The notes: generated by a model not told the origin, from the letters alone. A stretch of DNA of 20,563 nucleotides from a virus (IMGVR_UViG_2974665086_000001:118700-139262), one strand, 5' to 3'; counted from the stretch's first letter, positions 7,866 through 14,841 are shown. Translations and numbers: made by a program.

Positions 7866-8219
7866 ATGGGCGTTAAGATATTCGTAGATGATGAGCGTGC
7901 AGTACCGGACGTATCATGGACTTTAGTTAAGAATAGTCACACCGCCCTGATTATGCTTGATGGTCTAAGACAGCAGCATATTCAAATTGAATCTATAAGT
8001 CTTGATCATGACTTAGGTGCTCCGAGATTCCTAGATGAATACGACGATACACGTTGTATTGTTAACTGGATGATTATGGAGAATTATTGGCCTACTAACC
8101 TATATGTGCATACGAGTAACCAAGTTGCAGAAGATTGGTTAGTGGGTACAATAAGACGATACGGACCTAAGAATATACTTAAGGGTTACGGTCATAACTT
8201 TTGGAAGCACCAACGTTGA
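7866..8219 (+). CDS. Cyclic-phosphate-processing receiver (cREC)-like domain protein
   Basis: Motifs KIFVDDER, ISLDHDLG and VHTSN match this stand-alone receiver-like family by eye. Confidence 0.75.
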   Translation: MGVKIFVDDERAVPDVSWTLVKNSHTALIMLDGLRQQHIQIESISLDHDLGAPRFLDEYDDTRCIVNWMIMENYWPTNLYVHTSNQVAEDWLVGTIRRYGPKNILKGYGHNFWKHQR

Positions 8220-8377
8220 GCGATTTGTATGTAAGCAATGAACAGTTTAAATATGTTTTGTGCAGTGTGGCAGATCAGTTGTTGTCAATAGGAGTAGAAG
8301 TTATCCCGGTTACTGCACTGAAAGAAATATCACTTAACTTAGAGGTAATAGAAACGGTGGGAATGAACGATGATTAA
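8216..8377 (+). CDS. 53-aa hypothetical protein
   Basis: TTGA overlap with the upstream stop and 8-bp overlap with the macrodomain start; MSDLYVSNEQFKYVLCSVADQLLSIGVEVIPVTALKEISLNLEVIETVGMNDD. Confidence 0.55.
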   Translation: MSDLYVSNEQFKYVLCSVADQLLSIGVEVIPVTALKEISLNLEVIETVGMNDD

Positions 8378-8810
8378 GCACTTCGAGGGTGATTTGTTTA
8401 CCAGCGAGTCTGAGGCTATTGGTCATGGTGTGAACACGTGGGGTATTATGGGCGGTGGAATTGCCGTTGAATTTCGTAAGCGATACCCAGATATGTATGA
8501 GCACTATAATCATGTATGTAAAAACACAGACGATGCAGACTTAGTTGGTAAGGCATATATCTGGTACGATGAATCAGGTAAAGTTATTGCTAATTTGTTC
8601 AGCCAAGATAAGCCAGGGCCAAACGCCCGGTACAGTTGGACAATGCAGGCGATTAAGAAAACTTTAGATGAGCTAGAAGCCCAAGGTATTACCAGTCTTG
8701 CCATTCCTAAGATCGGTAGTGGTATTGGTGGACTCAAGTGGGCAGATATGTATTACTATCTGGTTGATGAGTTTAATGACCACCCGGTAGACTTACACCT
8801 TTACATTTAA
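8370..8810 (+). CDS. Macrodomain (ADP-ribose binding/processing) protein
   Basis: GDLF, HGVN..G.MGGGIA..FRKRYP, IANLFSQ and AIPKIGSGIGGLKW are hallmark macrodomain motifs. Confidence 0.92.
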   Translation: MIKHFEGDLFTSESEAIGHGVNTWGIMGGGIAVEFRKRYPDMYEHYNHVCKNTDDADLVGKAYIWYDESGKVIANLFSQDKPGPNARYSWTMQAIKKTLDELEAQGITSLAIPKIGSGIGGLKWADMYYYLVDEFNDHPVDLHLYI

Positions 8811-8834
8811 ACGTTCCAGGCAGGCGAATAAGTT

Positions 8835-8887
8835 AACACAACAACCTAAATCGGGGTCGAAAGATTTTTGATCTAGGTTGTTGTGTT
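8835..8887. repeat. 14-bp inverted repeat whose right arm contains a -35 element
   Basis: AACACAACAACCTA 8835-8848 / TAGGTTGTTGTGTT 8874-8887. Confidence 0.8.
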
Positions 8888-8909
8888 TTCGTCGTTGATG
8901 GGTTACGCT
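8881..8909 (+). promoter_or_regulatory. sigma70/SigA-type promoter
   Basis: TTGTGT 8881-8886, 17 bp, TACGCT 8904-8909; C/A-rich leader and AAGGAG follow. Confidence 0.55.
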
Positions 8910-8937
8910 AGTTCTACACCAACCAAGGAGCGCAGCA

Positions 8938-9135
8938 ATGAGCGATATCGGCAACGTAGTCATGGTACGCAAAGAAGCGTACAAGATCACAGACAAGCGT
9001 CATGTTGGCGATTGTGGCAGCAAGTTCTTTGGCAAGTTTAAGTTTACTCTTGTCAAGGTTGCTGATGGTTCCGTGTGGAATGCTTTGGGTAAGTCCGTCG
9101 CTTGGAACACCAAGCTCTACGAAGCAAAGGGATAA
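8938..9135 (+). CDS. Hypothetical protein
   Basis: 65 aa, AAGGAG RBS; its stop lies within the GGATAAGTT motif. Confidence 0.8.
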   Translation: MSDIGNVVMVRKEAYKITDKRHVGDCGSKFFGKFKFTLVKVADGSVWNALGKSVAWNTKLYEAKG

Positions 9136-9138
9136 GTT

Positions 9139-9366
9139 ATGTTGTGGAAACTGACTGAACAGCACTTCAAGAACGAACCGGTTACCACTGCATCCAATTT
9201 GAGTGGAGGCCATGCACTTAAGTTATTACAGGACGCGGAACTACGTCTGCGCACGCAAAATCTTAATGCGAGCTTTAAGTCAGGACCGCGTATGTTTCGC
9301 ATGGTACAAATCGATGGTTCTGACGTGATAACTTATGTTATCGAACCGATGGAGGTACAGCAGTGA
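9139..9366 (+). CDS. Hypothetical protein
   Basis: 75 aa after the start-associated motif. Confidence 0.8.
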   Translation: MLWKLTEQHFKNEPVTTASNLSGGHALKLLQDAELRLRTQNLNASFKSGPRMFRMVQIDGSDVITYVIEPMEVQQ

Positions 9367-9497
9367 GAGAGTCAGTTAAGCAAGCTCTTGCGGGTGTCCT
9401 TATCGGAGCTGCAATGGCAGGTATTTTCTTTATGGGTGACCGTTTCGAGTATCAAAAGGAACAGCAGCTTAAGAATACCAGCCAGTACCAGCATTAA
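9363..9497 (+). CDS. 44-aa single-pass membrane protein
   Basis: GTGA overlap, GGAGG upstream; MRESVKQALAGVLIGAAMAGIFFMGDRFEYQKEQQLKNTSQYQH. Confidence 0.65.
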   Translation: MRESVKQALAGVLIGAAMAGIFFMGDRFEYQKEQQLKNTSQYQH

Positions 9498-9511
9498 GGT
9501 TTGTCAGTACA

Positions 9512-9967
9512 ATGAAATATGTTTACTGCACGTTGCTTGCGGTCGTGGGTATCGTACTTGGTAGTTATGTTTTGTCCGGGCCGGATGAAGAAATCAAGTA
9601 CGATTACTCAGAATTATTAGCTGACCCAGTGTCAGAACTAGCACCGAAGGAAGTAAAGCCTGACTACAACACCATTCTGCTTTACACACGTGAGAACATA
9701 AGTTATGCGTGTGACAAGGCATTCTTTTACGGTCAAGACGGTGAGATAAACGGAAAGGAGAAACATAGAATAGTATCTGTGGTCGCAGAAAGATTTGGGT
9801 TGACAGACTTGGACAGACCTGCTATCGAAAACTTTATGGTGCACGCAACCGAGATGGGTTGTAGCGACCAGGCGGTTTTGTTAAAGTCGGACACCATCGA
9901 TTCATACACAGTTCAGCGCGGAAACCGCACCGCAACCTTTGACGCAGATACCGGAGCACGCAAGTGA
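9512..9967 (+). CDS. Membrane-anchored or secreted hypothetical protein
   Basis: Hydrophobic N-terminus YCTLLAVVGIVLGSYVL; 151 aa. Confidence 0.75.
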   Translation: MKYVYCTLLAVVGIVLGSYVLSGPDEEIKYDYSELLADPVSELAPKEVKPDYNTILLYTRENISYACDKAFFYGQDGEINGKEKHRIVSVVAERFGLTDLDRPAIENFMVHATEMGCSDQAVLLKSDTIDSYTVQRGNRTATFDADTGARK

Positions 9968-10197
9968 GTAATGTTATACCGTTTCCTGTCCGGAAACCGA
10001 CCGGGGATTATGTAGTTACCTGGACGTGGCCGGAAGAACTTACCTACGTAAGTTTGTTTCACAGATTCGAGATTGCAGAGCAGCACGTTAAGATAAGTCT
10101 AGATGGTGAGTACGTTACCCAAAACTCGGGAGGTTGGCACTATGACCTATCACACAATGGCGCGGCAACTATTCAATACTGCGAACAAACGGCATAA
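9964..10197 (+). CDS. Hypothetical protein
   Basis: 77 aa, GTGA overlap; begins MSNVIPFP. Confidence 0.75.
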   Translation: MSNVIPFPVRKPTGDYVVTWTWPEELTYVSLFHRFEIAEQHVKISLDGEYVTQNSGGWHYDLSHNGAATIQYCEQTA

Positions 10198-10255
10198 TGT
10201 TCATACAATTTGTTGTGACAAAACCGTTACATACATCACAAACTTGACACGTCGG

Positions 10256-10284
10256 TTGACATAGTATCTATCAAGTCGTAGTGT
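10256..10284 (+). promoter_or_regulatory. sigma70/SigA-type promoter
   Basis: TTGACA 10256-10261, 17 bp, TAGTGT 10279-10284. Confidence 0.7.
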
Positions 10285-10390
10285 CATACATACCAGGGGA
10301 TAAACCAGAAGATAGAAAGGAGTCTAATCCTCTTGCAGTCGGGAAGCACGATAGTAAAGTTAAACTCATTTCTATTCAAGGAGATAACCA

Positions 10391-10714
10391 ATGCAGACAT
10401 TCACGCACGATGAGGTAGCTACACTTAAGGCTGTGGCGACAGGTAATCTTAACGTTCTCGCTGAGCTAGGTGTACCCGAACAGGGTCGCGAGAAGCTGGA
10501 AGCAGTCGTACACAAGCTAGATAACTATTTTTCTCTTCCGGGGCGAGAAATCTCAGTTGATCTTAATCGACGTGGCGACAAGGTAGCGGTCACTGTTACT
10601 CACCTGCCTACACGGCTTAAGGTAACCGTTGAAGGCACCAGCGAATTGCAGTGCAAGGCGATTGCACTTAAGCAATTGGAGGCCAAGGTGTACAAACTGG
10701 ACAAGACCGGATAA
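10391..10714 (+). CDS. Class I release factor (RF-1 domain)-like protein lacking GGQ
   Basis: AVTVTHLPTRLKVTVEGTSELQCKAIALKQLEAKV aligns by eye with RF1/RF2 SAVRITH(L/I)PTGIV..Q.ERSQHKNK..A(L/M)KQ..AKL; the GGQ loop is missing. Confidence 0.65.
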   Translation: MQTFTHDEVATLKAVATGNLNVLAELGVPEQGREKLEAVVHKLDNYFSLPGREISVDLNRRGDKVAVTVTHLPTRLKVTVEGTSELQCKAIALKQLEAKVYKLDKTG

Positions 10715-10723
10715 CTTATCCGG
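10707..10723. promoter_or_regulatory. 17-bp palindrome, putative operator
   Basis: CCGGATAA-C-TTATCCGG; fully symmetric form of the start-associated motif. Confidence 0.5.
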
Positions 10724-10728
10724 CAGAG

Positions 10729-10762
10729 AAGCGGATTCTTCGGAGTCCGCTTTCTTTGTATT
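10729..10762 (+). terminator. Intrinsic terminator with C(UUCG)G tetraloop
   Basis: AAGCGGATTC-ttcg-GAGTCCGCTT then TCTTTGTATT. Confidence 0.85.
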
Positions 10763-10781
10763 GACAGGCAGGTAAACTTAA

Positions 10782-10931
10782 ATGCAGCTCTCTAACGGCT
10801 CGGATAATGTTTGGCCTACATCTACCCACGGACGGCAGAAAAGTGTCTGGAAATCGCTATCAGATACCCCAAACGACGAACGTGCAGCATACGCGTATGC
10901 GCAAATTGTGCGTGATCGAATTGTGACCTAG
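10782..10931 (+). CDS. 49-aa hypothetical protein
   Basis: ATG after CAGGTAAACTTAA; MQLSNGSDNVWPTSTHGRQKSVWKSLSDTPNDERAAYAYAQIVRDRIVT; fills the gap between terminator and next promoter. Confidence 0.45.
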   Translation: MQLSNGSDNVWPTSTHGRQKSVWKSLSDTPNDERAAYAYAQIVRDRIVT

Positions 10932-10947
10932 CTCACACGGTTTGGTG

Positions 10948-10981
10948 TTGCGCCAACTAGAAACATCGATTAATGTTTCTA
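10948..10981 (+). promoter_or_regulatory. Promoter with overlapping 9-bp inverted repeat
   Basis: TTGCGC 10948-10953, 17 bp, TAATGT 10971-10976; TAGAAACAT 10958-10966 / ATGTTTCTA 10973-10981. Confidence 0.65.
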
Positions 10982-11018
10982 CCAACAGCAAAGCAACGGA
11001 GCAAAGGAGTTAACCAAA

Positions 11019-11294
11019 ATGCGTTTCTCGGTTACTAAGTCCCACGGTATCGGATATCATATCCGCACGCCCTACGAGACAAAGGAAATTGCTTCGAGCA
11101 CACTTGACAAGTGGATTCGTGAGTACGCGAACAAGGTTAAGAATAACCACGGTTTCGGTTCTGTTTTCGACAAGCGCGAGGATAACGGAACTGGCACGAT
11201 AGAGTTTGAATACTTTGTCAACGGTTGCCTTAACCGTGAAATGTTCACCATCGAACTTGTGCAGCGTCCAATTGCAGAAATCTTGAAGGGATAA
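11019..11294 (+). CDS. Hypothetical protein
   Basis: 91 aa, AAAGGAG RBS. Confidence 0.8.
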   Translation: MRFSVTKSHGIGYHIRTPYETKEIASSTLDKWIREYANKVKNNHGFGSVFDKREDNGTGTIEFEYFVNGCLNREMFTIELVQRPIAEILKG

Positions 11295-11299
11295 GTTAA

Positions 11300-11509
11300 A
11301 TGTCAAAGCAATGGAGTCCTGCGGCGTTGCCCGGTTGCTATATCTCTGCTGATGGTAAGTACACAGCAGAATTGCGTAAAGCTGGTTTCTCCGCAGACTT
11401 CAATTGCAGAATGGCGCGGCATTATGTTATCCGCTTGCGCTATCAGTCCACAATCATCGGCACTGCTTTAACTTTAAGTGATGCCGCCCGCGAATACCTG
11501 AGGGGTTAA
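11300..11509 (+). CDS. Hypothetical protein
   Basis: 69 aa after the start-associated motif. Confidence 0.8.
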   Translation: MSKQWSPAALPGCYISADGKYTAELRKAGFSADFNCRMARHYVIRLRYQSTIIGTALTLSDAAREYLRG

Positions 11510-11512
11510 GTT

Positions 11513-11809
11513 ATGTCTGTCGCAGCAACAATCCGTAGTCAAATTGAAATCGGTGTGCTTATGGCACTGGGAGCATCCGACTTAATTTATTGGGAGGATA
11601 TGTTCGAGTTTAAGGCTCGCATTCTGCCTAAAGCATCGGCCCAGCGTGCGCGAGTAATGCGCGTGCAGATCAAACTAGATAGCAACGACACCTACAGTAT
11701 TGAAGTGGGGTACGTGCATAAATTTGATTGGGTGACGCACAAGCATTTCGACAACGTGTACGCGGATAACCTTAACCAGGTTCTGATCGGATTGGACAAC
11801 GTGAGCTGA
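11513..11809 (+). CDS. Hypothetical phage protein
   Basis: 98 aa; motif VQIKLDSNDTYSI..FDNVYADNL. Confidence 0.8.
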   Translation: MSVAATIRSQIEIGVLMALGASDLIYWEDMFEFKARILPKASAQRARVMRVQIKLDSNDTYSIEVGYVHKFDWVTHKHFDNVYADNLNQVLIGLDNVS

Positions 11810-12018
11810 TGTTTAAGTTAAGGGTTGCATACGCCGAGACTAACACCGTGCGTATGTTGAAAAATGATAAAGACTATCAGGTTGTGTTAAATGCCTGCCT
11901 GCAACATGCTATGTTTGCTATGAGTCACGGCAAGCATGTTGTGCTTAAGGACAATGGCTTTAACGTTCTCGGGCCGGACGGTAAAGTTAACCGTGGTTAC
12001 CGGATTACGGAGGTTTAG
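11809..12018 (+). CDS. Hypothetical protein
   Basis: 69 aa, TGATG coupling. Confidence 0.75.
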   Translation: MFKLRVAYAETNTVRMLKNDKDYQVVLNACLQHAMFAMSHGKHVVLKDNGFNVLGPDGKVNRGYRITEV

Positions 12019-12020
12019 TT

Positions 12021-12218
12021 ATGCGTAGCAGTGATGAAGTAACAATGGAAGAACGTATTAGCTTTACCAATGTGCCTGTCACTCTCGACGGGCAACCGGC
12101 TAAAGTTATGGGTTACAGCAATGATTTTCCCATTGTGCGCTCACGAACTAATAGCGCAGAGTTTTCATGGTCAACAGTAAAACGTATTATTGCACGCGAC
12201 CGTGCATTCAAGAGCTAA
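12021..12218 (+). CDS. Hypothetical phage protein
   Basis: 65 aa; VTLDGQPAKVMG..EFSWSTV. Confidence 0.75.
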   Translation: MRSSDEVTMEERISFTNVPVTLDGQPAKVMGYSNDFPIVRSRTNSAEFSWSTVKRIIARDRAFKS

Positions 12219-12229
12219 GGGGATAAGTT

Positions 12230-12427
12230 ATGTATCAGGGGCACGCAATTGTTCGTGGTGTGCATCGTGAGCGCGCCTGTAAAAGCAGGGAACAAGCAAG
12301 TCTTTGGTTAGGTATGTTATTAGTCGAATTTCACGCGGTGCTTGAATGCACAGATATGAGAACCGGTGAGTTTCGAGATAACAATACTGGAAACCTCATT
12401 GGATTCTACACCCTCGACAAGGAGTAA
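12230..12427 (+). CDS. Hypothetical protein
   Basis: 65 aa after the start-associated motif. Confidence 0.75.
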   Translation: MYQGHAIVRGVHRERACKSREQASLWLGMLLVEFHAVLECTDMRTGEFRDNNTGNLIGFYTLDKE

Positions 12428-12431
12428 ACTT

Positions 12432-12521
12432 ATGTGTGAGGAGTGCGGCAATCCAACCAACACAAAGCAGGAATATTGTTTTGTATGTCTAGACTTAGTA
12501 TTCGACTGTCTAGACGAATAA
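12432..12521 (+). CDS. 29-aa CxxC-CxxC micropeptide
   Basis: AAGGAG-TAAACTT-ATG; MCEECGNPTNTKQEYCFVCLDLVFDCLDE. Confidence 0.65.
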   Translation: MCEECGNPTNTKQEYCFVCLDLVFDCLDE

Positions 12522-12561
12522 GTTAATGCAATATGTGATCTAGGTCACAAATTGGTCTCAA

Positions 12562-12612
12562 CGCTTGCGCTGGTATGAAAGATCAATTAAAGTAGTTCAT
12601 ATCAGCCAAGCG
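12562..12612 (+). promoter_or_regulatory. Promoter enclosed by a long imperfect inverted repeat
   Basis: TTGCGC 12565-12570, 17 bp, TAAAGT 12588-12593; CGCTTG-c-GCTGGTATGAA / TTCATATCAGC-CAAGCG. Confidence 0.65.
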
Positions 12613-12634
12613 GAACCGAACAAAGGAAATTAAA

Positions 12635-12904
12635 ATGAGTAATGTCTCCAAGGCAGAATTCACAAGCAACTTGCTTGATCTTGCAATCGCCACCGTGGAA
12701 TTGTTAAAGCGGGCAGGTGCACAAGAATCGCATATCGAACCGCTAGTTGCTAGTATTACTCCCGGAGTGCCTAGCGCGGGTATTCCTTGGGCGGTTCACT
12801 TTTGCAAGGGTCATGGTGTGGTATTGGGTAATACCAAAGCGGAAGCAATGGCAAACTTGCAAGCAATGCACTATTCCGCACGCTTTATTCTCGGACTTGC
12901 GTAG
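12635..12904 (+). CDS. Hypothetical protein
   Basis: 89 aa, AAAGGA RBS. Confidence 0.8.
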   Translation: MSNVSKAEFTSNLLDLAIATVELLKRAGAQESHIEPLVASITPGVPSAGIPWAVHFCKGHGVVLGNTKAEAMANLQAMHYSARFILGLA

Positions 12905-12919
12905 CGAATAAGTTTGTTT

Positions 12920-12942
12920 GGTTTAGGTTTAATACCTAAACC
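12920..12942 (+). terminator. Intergenic stem-loop
   Basis: GGTTTAGGT-ttaat-ACCTAAACC, extendable with G-U pairs; no U-tract. Confidence 0.35.
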
Positions 12943-12987
12943 TTGCAAGCAATTCGGTACAACCAACAACCAACGGAGGATTAAGTT

Positions 12988-13167
12988 ATGTCTGACACAG
13001 ACAAGCTCGACGCTATCGTAAGTCAGTTAAGTGAACTGGCAAGCGGTACCGAGTACCCCGACGAACAGGTTAACTTTACCGTTGTTTTGAAGAACGGTAA
13101 GTCAATCGATATCTGGCAGTCACTTAATGATGGTGGCTTCAAGTGGTCCGAATCGAACAAAGGATAA
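12988..13167 (+). CDS. 59-aa hypothetical protein
   Basis: GGAGGATTAAGTT-ATG; MSDTDKLDAIVSQLSELASGTEYPDEQVNFTVVLKNGKSIDIWQSLNDGGFKWSESNKG; just under the track cutoff. Confidence 0.8.
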   Translation: MSDTDKLDAIVSQLSELASGTEYPDEQVNFTVVLKNGKSIDIWQSLNDGGFKWSESNKG

Positions 13168-13170
13168 GTT

Positions 13171-13455
13171 ATGTTCAAGTCAGTAGCAGATATGAAGCGC
13201 CAGCTTGTGCCGGGTACAGTTATCAGGATGGTTCGGCACGATTGGTACCCTAGCGGTCCACTTATCGGTGAGGATCGTGAGATTGTTTCAGCGAATAGCG
13301 TCGGCATTAAGATTAAGACCGAGCGCAACGGAGAAACAGTCGAGTCCGGTATGGATTGGCCCCGACCGAAGTACATAAGTTTTACCGAGAACGGTTGGAA
13401 AGTGCAGCTTGATCCGCAAACGGATAAGTTTATGGAGTACGTAGTCGTTCGGTAA
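13171..13455 (+). CDS. Hypothetical protein
   Basis: 94 aa after the start-associated motif. Confidence 0.8.
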   Translation: MFKSVADMKRQLVPGTVIRMVRHDWYPSGPLIGEDREIVSANSVGIKIKTERNGETVESGMDWPRPKYISFTENGWKVQLDPQTDKFMEYVVVR

Positions 13456-13464
13456 GGTTGAACG

Positions 13465-13490
13465 CGGAACTTAACTTAAATTAAGTTCCG
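13465..13490 (+). terminator. 10-bp intergenic stem-loop
   Basis: CGGAACTTAA-cttaaa-TTAAGTTCCG; arms contain the TAAGTT core. Confidence 0.4.
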
Positions 13491-13526
13491 TCTTGAATCA
13501 ATCGAACATCAACCAAAGGATAAGTT

Positions 13527-13712
13527 ATGTCTGAGCGGAAAGTAGACGCAAGGCAGTACAAAGGTTTCACAATCGAAACTATCGAACAAGACTCCGGACG
13601 TAAGACTTATGATATTCGAGACTCCAATGGGAATATCGTAGAGTGGGCAGCATACAACCTAAGTGTTGCCAAAGCAACTGTCAATGCAATTCTCGAATCG
13701 AACAAGGGATAA
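13527..13712 (+). CDS. Hypothetical protein
   Basis: 61 aa after the start-associated motif; ends ESNKG. Confidence 0.8.
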   Translation: MSERKVDARQYKGFTIETIEQDSGRKTYDIRDSNGNIVEWAAYNLSVAKATVNAILESNKG

Positions 13713-13715
13713 GTT

Positions 13716-13925
13716 ATGCTCAAGAGCTTTCTCATTCACAACCCATCCGTGCATTACATTGTCGATGGAACCGGGAACAAAGATGACCGGGACTTCGATG
13801 AAATCTTAACCATTCTGGAACAGAACGAAAAGGATGGTTTCGGTACTTTTCTTTTCCGCGATTCCAACACAGTTGTTTACTGCACGCAAGCAAACGTAAT
13901 CTGGAAGTACGTCGATCTATCTTAA
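13716..13925 (+). CDS. Hypothetical protein (tandem paralog of 13935-14153)
   Basis: IHNP..RDFDE..LEQNEKD..G.FLFR..NVIWKYVDL. Confidence 0.85.
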   Translation: MLKSFLIHNPSVHYIVDGTGNKDDRDFDEILTILEQNEKDGFGTFLFRDSNTVVYCTQANVIWKYVDLS

Positions 13926-13934
13926 GGATAAGTT

Positions 13935-14153
13935 ATGTATCTCTTGCGTACCATTCATACCCCCAAACTTCCCAGTGATACATTCCCTGATACTATCAAC
14001 AATCATCGGGATTATAGCGAGGTAATAGAATCGCTGGAAAAACTGGAAAAAGATAACCTCGGAAAGTTTATCTTTCGATCCGAAGACACTGCTATATTCC
14101 AAATGAAAACCAACGTTATTTACAAGTACGTCAATCTGGGAGATAAGGAATAA
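13935..14153 (+). CDS. Hypothetical protein (tandem paralog of 13716-13925)
   Basis: IHTP..RDYSE..LEKLEKD..G.FIFR..NVIYKYVNL. Confidence 0.85.
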   Translation: MYLLRTIHTPKLPSDTFPDTINNHRDYSEVIESLEKLEKDNLGKFIFRSEDTAIFQMKTNVIYKYVNLGDKE

Positions 14154-14158
14154 TCACA

Positions 14159-14446
14159 ATGATGACATTCGAGGGACCACAGGGACATAAGATAACTGCT
14201 TCAAGCACAGTTTTGCGTGATGGAAACACTGTGCTTACAGTTAAGGGCTACGATCACGCTATTAATGGGTGTGAGTTTGTAGTTACGCCACAAGCACTGT
14301 ACGCGGTGGCAAAAAAGATAATGCGCAATCCCAAGCGTATTGCTGTCGGTGGCAGCAGAGAGATTAACCCTCACGTTTACAGTGCATATGTCGAAAAGTC
14401 AGTGTTTAACAGTTTCGACAAGAACGATCCGGCATACGTCGGTTAA
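14159..14446 (+). CDS. Hypothetical protein
   Basis: 95 aa, TAAGGA RBS. Confidence 0.75.
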   Translation: MMTFEGPQGHKITASSTVLRDGNTVLTVKGYDHAINGCEFVVTPQALYAVAKKIMRNPKRIAVGGSREINPHVYSAYVEKSVFNSFDKNDPAYVG

Positions 14447-14448
14447 GT

Positions 14449-14478
14449 TATCCCCCTACCACGCCCGGTAGGGGGATA
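14449..14478 (+). terminator. 12-bp GC-rich stem-loop
   Basis: TATCCCCCTACC-acgccc-GGTAGGGGGATA immediately after a stop; no U-tract. Confidence 0.5.
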
Positions 14479-14504
14479 TACCCATTTACGAAAGGATAAG
14501 TTAA

Positions 14505-14750
14505 ATGATGTTCAATAGGTATGAAGTAAAAGCACGTATGGCTAAAGATAAAAAGCCAATGCTTGGTGATTTAGTGCAGGTATTCACATTTAAGAAATTT
14601 GCCTTCAATTGGGCTAATGACTTGAATCGTACGCATAGACTTATCTACGGACATTCTGACATAGAATACTATGTATTCGATACAAAACTTAAGCAAGAAC
14701 TGTGCATGTGCTCGGATACGAGCTGCACGTATGTCCGCAGTCATGGCTAG
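14505..14750 (+). CDS. Hypothetical protein
   Basis: 81 aa after the start-associated motif. Confidence 0.75.
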   Translation: MMFNRYEVKARMAKDKKPMLGDLVQVFTFKKFAFNWANDLNRTHRLIYGHSDIEYYVFDTKLKQELCMCSDTSCTYVRSHG

Positions 14751-14763
14751 ATTGCTCTGTACC

Positions 14764-14803
14764 GGACTAGCCTAGCGTCTAGGCATAGTTGCTAGGCTAG
14801 TCC
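14764..14803 (+). terminator. 13-bp stem-loop
   Basis: GGACTAGCCTAGC-14 nt-GCTAGGCTAGTCC after a stop, before a promoter. Confidence 0.45.
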
Positions 14804-14841
14804 AAGAACGTCCGTTAGCGTTGATCTGAGAGACCATAAAT

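Larger units (their letters stand above)
13149..13724 (+). repeat. 31-bp direct repeat spanning two gene junctions
   Basis: CGAATCGAACAA(A/G)GGATAAGTTATG(T/C)TCAAG at 13149-13179 and 13694-13724 (2 mismatches). Confidence 0.85.

Noticed and set aside
10244-10272. First of two TTGACA hexamers
   Set aside because: No matching -10; the second copy at 10256 has one.
10761-10790. TTGACA after the terminator as a promoter
   Set aside because: No TAnnnT at 16-18 bp spacing.
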